The notes beneath the pieces were generated by a model. That model was not told where the DNA came from. It was given only the letters and a program-made list of their open reading frames with translations, and searched no databases. The translations under genes and the position numbers were made by a program. A DNA stretch of 50,793 nucleotides from Selaginella moellendorffii (lineage: Eukaryota > Plantae > Lycopodiophyta). The stretch is from the NCBI RefSeq assembly GCF_000143415.4, contig NW_003314278.1:1098122-1148914 (forward strand). The letters run 5' to 3'. Shown piece after piece: positions 24,946 to 36,169 of the stretch (its first letter is position 1; every line of letters begins with the position of its first letter).

Positions 24946-25546
24946 TGCGGCGATTGTTCAGAGACACTGGCGGGGGCCCCGGGAAGAGTTATCTTTTCTT
25001 TTTAACAGCCTGCCGACCCTAAAATCGGTTCAACCGGAGATAGGGTCTCACAGCTGGCAGAGCACCGCACGTCCTGTGGTGTCCGGTGCACCCTCGGCGG
25101 TCCTTGAAAATCTGGAGGAGCAAGTGCTGAGCTTGCCCAGTCGTACTCATAACCGTATCAGGTCTCCAAGGTGAGCAGACTCTAGTTGATGGAACAATGT
25201 AGGTAAGGGAAGTTGGCAAATGGATCCGTAACTTTGGGAAAAGGATTGGCTCTGAGGGTTGGGCTTAGGGGTGTGTGGCTTGACCTTGTAGGCTGCTGGC
25301 GGTCTGCCTGAGCTGCTTGTGTGGCAAGGGCAGGCCACGGCGTGCCGACCTGGTGATGGACACAGAACACCCCTCCCCGCAGGGGGCATTCCCTAGGCAT
25401 CGAACAACTGACTCAGAACTGGAACGGACAAGGGGAATCTGACTATTTAATTAAAACAAAGCATTGTGATGGTCCCTGTAGATGTTGATGCAATGTGATT
25501 TCTGCCCAGTGCTCTAAATGTCAAAGTGAAAAAATTCAACCAAGCA

Positions 25547-25581
<35 letters not shown>

Positions 25582-25746
25582 AGTAGCCAAATGCCTCATC
25601 ATCTAATTTGTGATGCGCATGAATGGATTAACAAGATTCCCACTGTCCCTATCTACTATCTAGTGAAACCACAGCCAAGGGAACGGGCTTGGAAGAATCA
25701 GCAGGGAAATAAGACCCTATTGAGCTTGACTCTAGTCCAACTTTGT
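24946..25746 (+). rRNA. 25S/26S rRNA internal fragment (into domain V), degenerate
   Basis: ggcgggagtaactatgactctctta(a)agtagccaaatgcc, cccactgtccctatctacta, aagaccctattgagcttgactctagtccaactttgt. Confidence 0.95.
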
Positions 25747-27803
25747 TAAACGGGGCTTTTATTCACCAAAAAAACCAACTCTAGGCTGAGTTTCGTTAAG
25801 GCATGAAACCAGCAAAGAGCCGCGACAGAAAGTTTCATTGTGCACGAAACCAACAAAGAGCAAGAAGGGGGGTCTTCATGTGGAGGTACTTTGTAGAGAA
25901 CTCGTCGCAGACTTTTATCTCAAGCCATGGTCTTGAGTAGAGCCAGCAGAAAGATGATGGGAGAAGCTCCAAGTACCAAGGAACCAACCTTTACGACTTG
26001 AGAGTGGAGTTGCTGAAGAACTTGTCTCTCTTGATCCCTTAAGGAGAAACTCCAGGTGCCAAGGGGTCAGTCTTAAGAGGGGAATTGCTCACAAGCTTAA
26101 CAGCCCATGCTATCGCGATTGTGGAATCCAAAACCATCTGTCCAGCGGCGTCCACAATCACTTATGAGTACTTGCTTCTCTTGATCCCCTCAAAGGGCAT
26201 GCCTTACACCGTCTTTGTGCCTCGTTGAGTCTCTGAACTGAAGTGTATCTAACCATAAGTATTTTTTGAAACCTTGGAGGTACCCCATGGACGTACACCG
26301 CTCTCCCTTGGTTTCTTCTTGTGCACTTTCATATCTGCCCCCCACTGTAAGCGTCTGATGATCGGACCCTATTGAGACTCAGTACCATCTTGTCGCTCAT
26401 CGGTGTTGAGTGCTCTTGTTGGTGCCTTTGCTCTGGTCCATGTCTTTATCTTGAGTGTCTTCGTAGCTAGGGCCAAAAAACTCGTTCATCGTGACCACAC
26501 TAAACACCCTCAATTGTCATAGAGAAGTTGGATGTTTGCCCAAGTGTTGGTGACGAAATCCTCCTCATGTGGGGAGCCTTGTTTCCAAACCTCCACTATT
26601 GTCGACCTTGAAGAAGCCCACAAAGAGAACCACCTCCTTGAGAAGTCATCAAGATCGACAAACTTGAAGCAAGATCGCGTACGACACCATCACTTCAAGC
26701 TCCCAATCCTTGGGAAGAATCTCCTTACAAGTCTTGGGGATGAAAAGGATCTCCTTCACCTTGCTTGAGTTCACCACTGTCCATGGAGCAGGCCTCCAGA
26801 CCCCCAGAAAGAAAACCGTGGAGTAACGAAGGACAAGTCTAAGCAATAAGCCGAGGACTCAAATACTTAGATCTCCTTACTCCACCGTTTGATCTTCCTG
26901 AAATTCTGAAGGCCGACTCTCCATATCCAGCTCCAACTTCTTACCGACGTGATCTCGAAACGAGTGCATCAGCCAGGAGAACCAGCCGCTTGAACTTACA
27001 CTGGACTTCACTTGAACCACGAAACTTGAGCAGACAGATCTTGCAGCCCAGCTGTTAGATCTTCGTGAAACCTTGTAGGCGCAATCTCCCTAGCGTCTTC
27101 TAGCTTCTTACCAGAGCGATTTTCAGTCCAATGGCACGTAAAGCAGCCACAGCTGACCCATTCTCGCCTCAAACCTTAGCCACCCAAGTGCCTAGGATCA
27201 CTTGTATCTTCCTAGGTCTTTATCCAAACGGCCTGCTGCTAGTGACAGAGTGTCTTTGCCTTGTAGAACCCCAGCTGTGGAGAAGAAAAGAGAAGCACAG
27301 CCAGTGATGAGTGCCAGACGCTCAAACTTCCACTGGCCCATACTTGCTTGAACCGTGAACTTCAAGCAGATGGATCTCGCAACCCAGCCGTTATTTCTTC
27401 TTGAAATCTTGTAGGTGCAGTCTCCCTGATGTCTTCTAGCTTCTCACTGGAGCGATCTCAGATCGGATGGCGCATATAGCAGTTGCAGCCAACCCTTGCT
27501 CACCCCAAACCTTAGCCGCTGACATGACTAGCGCCACTTCGATCTTCTCAGATTTCAATCCAAATGGCCTGCAGATAGTGACAGAGTGTTTCCTTGCATT
27601 GTAGGAGCCCAGCCGTGGATAGAACAGAGAAGACCAGCCAGTGATGAAAGCAAAACAAAAGATCTTTCGATGAAGTGCCCAATATTGCTTGTGCCTTCGA
27701 TTCTTGAGGGGGTGCCTTTATTTAGCAGCTCACATGACTCCTACATACTAGATCTGGCCACAGAAGTCGACTCTCAATGCACCATCTCCTCCTCTTCGTC
27801 TAG
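25747..27803 (-). mobile_element. Unknown 2.06-kb non-coding insert in 25S rDNA; probable non-autonomous non-LTR element
   Basis: Flanked by identical ctctagtccaactttgt (25730-25746, 27804-27820); left-end motifs shared with the adjacent LINE; internal ~335-bp duplication; no long ORF. Confidence 0.7.
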
Positions 27804-27820
27804 CTCTAGTCCAACTTTGT

Positions 27821-30071
27821 CAATGGGGTTTTAATTTATCCTCTATAAACCATAGAGTCCGATTTTGACCTACTCGAAACCGGGAAAGAGTTCTTCAAGA
27901 TTTTTAGGGGGGGTGGGACGAGGGGGACAAAGTAGAACTGGTACTCGAGTCCTTGACATCCAATCTCCAAGCTTCCGAAGTTCCTGGTGTTGAACTCTGT
28001 CGACTCGGGGAGGTACACGTACCGTCGTTGCTGAACATGTGCTGCCAAATCCATATTGGTGGTTTCCACGTCCATTCTTCTTCTCCAGCCTCACTTCTTC
28101 CTCTAAAAAATGACCACAGCTCCTTCTCCTTTGCTATCTTCCCTTCCTCGCCTCGTTTGATCAGCGTGTCCAGGCGGGCCGCAAGTGAGATGATCAATCT
28201 GGACCAAACCTTTGAGATAGTTGCTCGAGCTGAGGGGTCCGTGTCATCGAATAGTTTGGCGCAGCGAGCCTTCCATATCTCTGCTAGTGTGCATCCCCGA
28301 AACGCATTGAAGAGCTCCTGGTGGAGATGCTTAATGTGTGTCCAAGTTTGGTTGAGTTGATCAAAGTGTGGGGCCTCGTTGTGTCTCCACTTCTATGCAT
28401 CAAGATTCTTTATTTTTCCCTGGATGAAGCTACCCCAGAGCACTGATTCGTATGTGATTGCAGCTCCTCTGGTTGACGTTTGTTTGAGTACCGTTGCTGC
28501 ACCTTCCCATACTTCTTGTGCTGCTGGACATTCCCATAAGATGTGTCACTGTGTTTCTATGGTGCCACAAGTCTTGCAGGCTGTGTTCGGGAGATGTATG
28601 GCCGCCAGAGAGGGAAGATGTTCTTGTTGGGCCAGCCACATGAAGTAGCGGTTCTTAGCTGACCAGTGTCCCTTCCAGATCTTGTTGATGCAATGTGAGT
28701 GGTTCCTGGAGTGGATCTGTTGGGCCTTTGCTTTCTGGATGAGGGAGGATTGAGTCAGCACCCTGATCAGTTTTCGGCCCAGCTTGGTCTTGTACTGGAA
28801 GAAGTCCTTGCACATGGTTCCTCTCCAATGCCACTCTGTGGGATCCCACTTGAGTTCATCCAGGGTTTGTTGGTGGAACCAGTAGAGGCGAGCATATTGT
28901 TTTTCTGGGATCAATGGATTAACGTTGGCAGTTTTTTTCTCCATTTGAATCACTCTGATCGGTTTAGCTCTGCTTATATCGGGGAGGTCCTAGTACTCAA
29001 GGGTGACAATGGGGTATAAGCATCCAGCCTGTCCTGCCTCAAAGATTAGTCCCAATGCCATATTGGGGAGGGCACATACAATCGACTTGTCCACCTTCCA
29101 CCATTGATGGTATTGGTCTTCTTGCAGGTTTAGTCGTTTAAGGCATGTGTGTTTGGCTGCTAAAAAGGCTGTCTGGAATTTACGCATCCTGTGTTCCGAG
29201 ATGGTTAATCTGTAGAAGGCACTGATTTGGTCATAGTTGTTGGCCGTCTGGTTGGGCTGGATCATGGTGTCTGCCTCTGCAAAGGTTCTCATCCTTGCTC
29301 TGTGTAGGTCTCTACATGTTTGGTCCAGGCCGCGATCCTCTGAAGCTCTGAGCATTTTACCTTTGACAGCGAAGAGTTTGCTCAAGAAAATTGGCTGCTG
29401 GTCCAGTTGTTCTTTGGTACGAGGTGGTTTACGTTCCAGCTTGCATTTGAATTGACTCCAGAGCTTGAACAGCTTTCCTGAGAACATGTGAGCCTTTGTC
29501 ATTTTGAGTTTGGTGTCCAAGAAAAGCCATTGTTCATCTGTTGCCCAGTTTTTTCTGGTGTGCTCGTTCTTGTCTAGGAGGACTTTTAAAAGTTATGCTC
29601 ACAGGAGTGTTCTCCAGGGTTGGTTGCCAGGCATGAGCATCCTCGTGAAAATCTTGAAGAGGAGAGCCTTGCATTGTTCTTCGATGTCAATAATATTGAG
29701 GCCCCCTTCGTGCTTCGGAAGTGTTCTTGACCGCCAGTTAACCTTTGCTCCACCACGTGAGATGCAGGAGGAGCCTTTCCAGACATAGGTTCAAATGAGT
29801 TGGTTCATTTCCTGGATCGTTCGCCTGTCCATGTTCCAGCATGCTGCCAGGAACCAGATTGCTCCAAGCAAGATGCTGTTTGCCACCACGCAGCATGCTG
29901 AGAATGATAGTTTTCTGCTCACCCAGAACTTGAGTTGATCCCTTAGTTTTGTAACTGCTTTTTGGTTCTGAGGTTCTGGATCATATTGGCGTCCGACTTG
30001 GAATCCAATGTAGCGGGTGGTCTCCTCCGTGTCAAGCCATTTGAAACCCAGCTCCGTGCCCCATGTTGGAG
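27821..30071 (-). mobile_element. 5'-truncated LINE copy 1 (RT C-terminus, zf-RVT, 3'UTR)
   Basis: Homologous to 30302-32545; bounded by target motifs 27804-27820 and 30072-30087. Confidence 0.9.
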
Positions 30072-30087
30072 TCTAGTCTGACTTTGT

Positions 30088-30285
30088 CAATGGGGTTTTA
30101 ATTAATTTATCCTCTATAAAAACATAGAGTCCGATTTCGACCTACTCAAAACCGGGAAAGAGCTCTTCAAGATTTTAGGGGGGGTGGGACGAGGGGGACA
30201 AAGTAGAACTGGTACTCGAGTCCATGACTTTCGATCTCCAAGCTTCCGAAGTTCCTGGTGTTGAACTCTGTCGACTCGGGGAGGT
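30088..30285 (-). mobile_element. Severely 5'-truncated LINE copy 2 (~200 bp 3' end)
   Basis: Same 3' terminus as copies 1 and 3; bounded by tctagtctgactttgt and tctagtccgactttgt (30286-30301). Confidence 0.9.
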
Positions 30286-30301
30286 TCTAGTCCGACTTTG
30301 T

Positions 30302-33300
30302 CAATGGGGTTTTAATTAATTTATCCTCTATAAACCATAGAGTCCGATTTCGACCTGCTCGAAACCGGGAAAGAGCTCTTCAGGATTTTTAGGGGGGGTG
30401 GGACGAGGGGGACAAAGTAGAACTGGTACTCAAGTCCATGACGTCCGATTTCCAAGCTTCCGAAGTTCCTAGTGTTGAACTCTATCGACTCGGGGAGGTA
30501 CACGTACCGTTGTTCCTAAACATGTGCTGCCAAATCCATATTGGAGGTTTCCACATCCATTCTTCTTCTCCAGCCTCGCTTCTTCCTCTAAAAAACGGCC
30601 ACAGCTCCTTCTCCTTCGCTATCTTCCCTTCCTCGCCTCGTTTGATCAGTGTGTCCAGGCGGGCCGCAAGTGAGACGATCAATTTGGACCAAACCTTTGA
30701 GATAGTTGCTCGAGCCAAGGGGTCCATGTCATTGAACAGCTTGGCACAGCGAGCCTTCCATATCTCTGCTAGTGTGCATCCCCGAAGTGCATCGAAGAGC
30801 TCCTGGTGGAGATGCTTAATGTGTGTCCAGGTTTGGTTGAGTTGATCAAAGTGTGGGGCCTCGTTGTGTCTCCACTTCCATGCATCAGGATTCTTTATTT
30901 TTCCCTGGATGAAGCTACCCCAGAGCGCTGATTCATAGGTGATTGCAGCTCCTCCAGTTGATGTTCGTTTGAGTACCGCTACTACACCTTCCCATACTTC
31001 CTGTGCTGCCGGACATTCCCATAAGATGTGTCGCTGTGTTTCTGTGGCGCTACAGGTCTTGCAGGCTGTGTTCGGGAGATGTATGGCCACCATAGAGGGA
31101 AGACGTTCTTGTTGGGCCAGCCACACGAAGTAGCAGTTCTTAGCCGACTAGCGCCCCTTCCAGATCTTGTTGATGCAATGTGGGTGGTTCCTGGAGTGGA
31201 TCTGTTGGGCCTTTGCTTTCCAGATGAGGGAGGTTCGAGTCGAGTTTTCGGCCCAGCTTGGTCTCGTACTAGAAGAAGTCCTTACACGTGGTTCCTCTCC
31301 AATGCCACTCTGCGGGATCCTACTTGAGTTCTTCCAGGGTTTGTTGGCGGAACCAGTAGAGGCGAGCATATTGTTTTTCCGGGATCAATGGATCAACATT
31401 GGTAGTTTTTTTCTCCATTTGAATCACTCTGATCGGTTTAGCTCTACTCATATCAGGGAGGTCCTCGTACTCAGGGGTGATGATGGGGTACAAACGTCCA
31501 GCCTGTCCTGCCTCAAGGATTAGTCCCGATGCCATGTTGGGGAGGGCGCAGACAATCGACTCATCCACCTTCCACCATCGATGGTATTGGTCTTCTTGCA
31601 GGTTTAGTCGTTCAAGGCATGCGTGTTTGGCTGCTAAAAATGCTGTCTGGAATTTACACATCCTGTGTTCCGAGATGGTTAATCCATAGAAGACCCTGAT
31701 TCGGTCACAGTTGTTGGCCGTCTAGTTGGGCTGGATCATGGTGTTTGCCTTTGCGAAGGTTCTCATCCCCGCTCTGTGCAAGTCTCTGCATGTCTGGTCC
31801 AGGCCGTGATCCTCTGAAGCTTCGAGCATTTTACCTTTGACAGCGAAGAGTTTGCTCAGGAAAACTAGCTGCTGGTCCAGTTGTTCTTTGGTACAAGGTG
31901 GTTTACATTCCAGCTTGCATTTGAATTGCCTCCAGAGCTTGAACAGCTTTCTTGAGAATGTGTGAGCCTTTGTCATTTTGAGTTTGGTGTCTGAGAAGAG
32001 CCATTGTTCATTTGTTGCCCAGTTTTGTCTGGTGTGCTCATTCCTGTCCGGGAGGACTTTCAACAGTTGTGCTCGCAGCAGTATTCTTCATGGTTGGTTG
32101 CTAGGCATGAGCATCCTCGTGAAAATCTTAAAGAGGAGAGCCTTGCATTGTTCTTTGATGTCAATAATACTGAGGCCCCCTTCATGCTTCGGAAGTGTTA
32201 CTGACTGCCAGTTGACCTTTGTTCCCCCTCGTGAGACACAGGAGGACCCTTTCCAGACGTAGGTTCAAATGAGTTGGTTCATTTCCTGGATCGTTTGCCT
32301 GTCCATGTTCCAGCATGCTGCCAGGAACCAGATTGCTCCAAGCAGGATGCTGTTTGCCACCACGCAACGTGCCGAGAATGATAGGTTTCTACTCGCCCAG
32401 AACTTGAGTTGATCCCTTAGTTTTGTAACTGCTTTTTGGTTCTGAGGTTCTGGATTATACTGGCATCCGACTTGGAGACCAAGGTAGCGGGTGGTCTCCT
32501 TTGTGTCCAGCCATTGGAAACCCAGCTCCGTGCCCCATGTAGGAGGTCTGCCAGGGGGGAGCCTTAGTCCTACCGTTTTGTGCCAGTTTATTTTTTATCC
32601 CATGGCCTCATTGAAGAAGTCCAGGTCCTTTTCGACGTTTGAGAGGTTCTCAGGTGATCCCTCCATGATCAGGCTTGTGTCATCTGCAAAGGCTGATGAT
32701 AGGAGGTCCTCCTTTGAGGCTTCGTTCATGTCCCGGAGAGCGGAGCCACAGCCTGGAAGGGGCATACCTTTCGGGCCCTCTGGTCGGGCGAGGTAGTAGG
32801 CCAGAGCATCCGCAACGAACAGGAATAGGTATAGTGCGAGGGGGCAGCCTTGGTGGACCGATCTTTCAAGTTTGAAGGGCTGTCCCATGGTTTTGTTGAT
32901 TGTAACCTTGCTCGATGGCGAGTGGTACAGGGACGCTGTCCATTCCACGAACTGCAGAAGGACTCCTTGCTTGATCATTATGGCCTAGAGAACTTTCCAA
33001 TCCACCTGGTCGTAAGCTTTTTCAAAGTCCAGGAGAATGATTGCAATCTGCTCGGCCATGTCTTTGGTGTGTCCTTGTGCCAAAAGGACTGTTAGGAGGT
33101 TGTCCACAATTTGCCTGCCATCCACGAATCTGTTCTGTATCTCCTTGATCGTTTCGCAGGGGCTTGAGGCGTGATGCCAAGGCTTTTGCTACGATCTTGT
33201 ACATGGTGTTCAGCATAGAGATGGGCCTCTAGTTCTTGAGGTGGGACATATCTCCTTTTTTTGGTATCAGCGCAATGATCCCATCCGTAGCTCCTTCCGG

Positions 33301-34620
33301 CCACTTCCTGGTTCACATGGTTTCTTGCCACATCTTGAGAACTTCTGGTCCAATCCATTCCCAGTTTTGTTTATAGAAAGCTGGTGGCATGCCATCCTCC
33401 CCTGGCATCTTGTCGTCCTTGAGGTCATCCAGGGCGTCCTTTAATTCTCGCAACGTGAAAGGTCTCATTAGTCTGGTGTTCATTGCCGGGGTGTACTTGG
33501 TCGGGATATGCTCTAGCACTTGTTCAAGTTTCTCTTGCCTGACCTTGTCCCATGGTTCCTCCTTGAAAAGCTGGGAGTAGTAGTGTTTTGCCATGTTGTG
33601 CATGTCGTTGATCTCTGTGTGCAGTTGCCCTTGTTCATCCTTCAATCCGAACATTGGTGGGGAGACCACTTTAGATCTTATGGATCAATAGAACTCCCTA
33701 TTCAGCGCAAGCTCGCTTGCATGCCATCTGATGTGTCCTGCTTTTAGGAAGGGTTCCATCTTGTCAGCCTCTATCCTTTCCAGTTGGCGCTTAACTTGGA
33801 TTTTTTGAGCTTGTAGCCACGGGTCATCTGGGTTATTGCAAAGGTCTGTGTTAATCGAGGTTAGGACTCTCCAGACCTTTTGGATTGTGTTAAAGACACC
33901 TCTCTTATCTTTCTGGATCTTGGTTCAAGCCTCCTGAGCGAGTTGAAGGGTGAAGGAGTGTAGGTCCCCCTTGTGTTTTTTCCATTTCTCATGCGCCCGG
34001 TTATTGTTGGCTTGCTCCTCAAAGAACTTCTTGGGTGTGGCAACTGGCTTCCTTGGGCCTCTCGATTTTTGAAAGGGAAGTGTGAGTCTAATTGGATGGT
34101 GGTCCGAGAAGTCCGTGTAGGTGTTGTTGATGTCCAACTTTCCCCCTTGCATGCACAGGTCCATGGTGAGGTAGAAGCGGTCCAGACGATGTTGTATGCC
34201 TCTGCGTTGACGTTCTTGCCATGTGAAGCACAGTTCATGTGTCACGAAACCTGGGATCTCATAAGTGTCGCAGGTTCCAATTTGTAAGAGGAACGAGTTC
34301 CATGCAAGGCGTTCCGCACGTGTACATCTATCCTGGATTATGCCTCCCCGTTTATCCTCCTCGTGGTCCACGAAGTTGAAATCACCGGCCAGGATCCAAT
34401 CATCGATTCCAGTTGGAAGACGACGCTGCAGAATTCGGAAGAAGTGTGCTCGTGAGGTGGAGCGGGATGCTGGGGCGTAGATGTTCAGTAGGCCTATGGT
34501 TCGGGCATTTACTTTTATCACTATCATGTGAGCACGTCCAGTGATTAGGATGTGGTGCGAGGTGCCTAGGGATTGCCATGGTCCTTTAGCGATGATGAGG
34601 GTTCCTCCTCGCCGCAAATT
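30302..34620 (-). mobile_element. LINE copy 3: L1/Tx1-clade ORF2 (APE endonuclease, RT, zf-RVT), decayed, 5' end missing
   Basis: NIYAP, AGDFNF, FTW..RLDRFY, SDHHPI (33925-34617); PGEDG, MLNTMYKIVAKALASRL, QGCPL, AFADD; CKTC..ETQRHILWECP. Confidence 0.93.
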
Positions 34621-34839
34621 GGTCCTTTCTCAACATAAAAGATAATGTTTTGCCAAGCTTACCACAACCACTGGCAACCTTGATTGCCAATGATGTTGTC
34701 CTTGGCTATGGTATCTATAACTATACATCTAGGGCCAAAGTTACACCACCAATGGCCCATAGCAAGCACAGCCATGGTGGCACAAGGTCTTGGCCATGGC
34801 TAGCACTACCTTGGCTGGCCTTAGCCGTGGCATAGCCAT

Positions 34840-35240
34840 CTACTAGAGGAGCTAGAGGAGAGCTGTTGTAGGAGGAGTGCTAGAGGAGTTGGAGGAGAGC
34901 TGTTGCAGGAGAAGTGTTGGAGGAGCTGGAGAGCTGTTATAGGAGGAGTGCTGGAGGAGCTGGAGGAGACTCAATGCACAAGGGGTTTTGGAGGAGCTAA
35001 AGGGTGAGAAAGAATGATTTGATGAAAATAAAAAAGAAATTGAAAAATCCAAGAGTAGGATTGGCAAAAGTACAATGTGGAAGAGAGTTGTTGCAGGAAG
35101 AGCACTACAGGACATGGAGGAGAGTTGCTACAGGAAGAGTGTTGGAGGGAGGAGATATGTTGCATTGGAGGAAAGTAAGAGCCACTAGAGGAGTTGGGCA
35201 CTAGAGGAAAATAAAAGTTGCTAGGTGGAGAGTTGGGCAT
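34840..35240. repeat. Degenerate GGA/GAG-rich low-complexity repeat
   Basis: ggaggagtgctagaggagttggaggagagctgttg units. Confidence 0.7.
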
Positions 35241-36169
35241 TATACACAATACCATCTACACTAACTAACCTAACCGAACTCAAATAGATATAATTTTCTG
35301 TATTGCACTATGCAACAACGTTTGGTTTGCTTTGATATTGTCATTTTCTATATAAATAAAAAATTTATATAATGTACTCATTTTAATGCATTTTTTTATT
35401 CATATATAATTTAGAATTTTAGTACTTCTTGTTTATCTCTCAAAGAGTTCAACTAATGTTTTTGTATCAATTTTATTCTTCCTATATCAAGCTTAAAGCA
35501 AGAATATAAGGAAGAAGTCCTACACTCTTGCAATACTAAAATCTTGCAAACTTTCCTTTAAGAACATTATTACTAGTCAAAAAGTTCACTTTTTTTTAGT
35601 AGTCTGATGTGTTTGTCTTTATAGCATGTCCATAAAGAGAAAACAAAGAACTTTTTACTTGCTCCTCATAGTAGAGTATCACAGTGATAAAAGAAGTTTG
35701 AGCTTCTTCTCCATGCCATGGGCAACAATATAATCAAGTGGCTGTAGTGATTGATGCAAAAGTTCTCCTGGTTCTTGCTTGTTAGGCTGGCATGGCTAAG
35801 ACACTGATAAAGGTAAGTTCTGCAAAGAAATAAGGTTTTGCTGGATTGTCCTTACTGGGCTTACAGTTAGATCATGGGTGATCAAGAGCTCACAGTTTTG
35901 CACAAGATTTGATCAAACATGTTTCTTGCTTGACCTAGGATCCTTGATCTGCCATGGGTGGTGATCAATGCATTCACAAAAGATGCCGGAATGAAATCCA
36001 ACAGCTTAAGCACTTTCAAAAGACACCCATTCTAGCCATTTGCAGTGATCATTGCATTCCAAGAGACCAAGGTCCTCTTGCTCAAAACTTCCTGCTATGC
36101 TCATGATCACATTTCCAAGATTGAGTTCCATGTTTCTAGAATTCTTGTGTGAATCGTCACTTCTTTTTC

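Noticed and set aside
24632-25400. ORFs overlapping rRNA
   Set aside because: Spurious translations of 18S/25S sequence
25570-25670. R2 or R1 element insertion
   Set aside because: Both canonical sites are uninterrupted; the LINE is APE-type, antisense and at a different site
25780-25865. Hammerhead ribozyme suggested by GAAAC hairpins
   Set aside because: No CUGANGA core in a suitable position on either strand by eye
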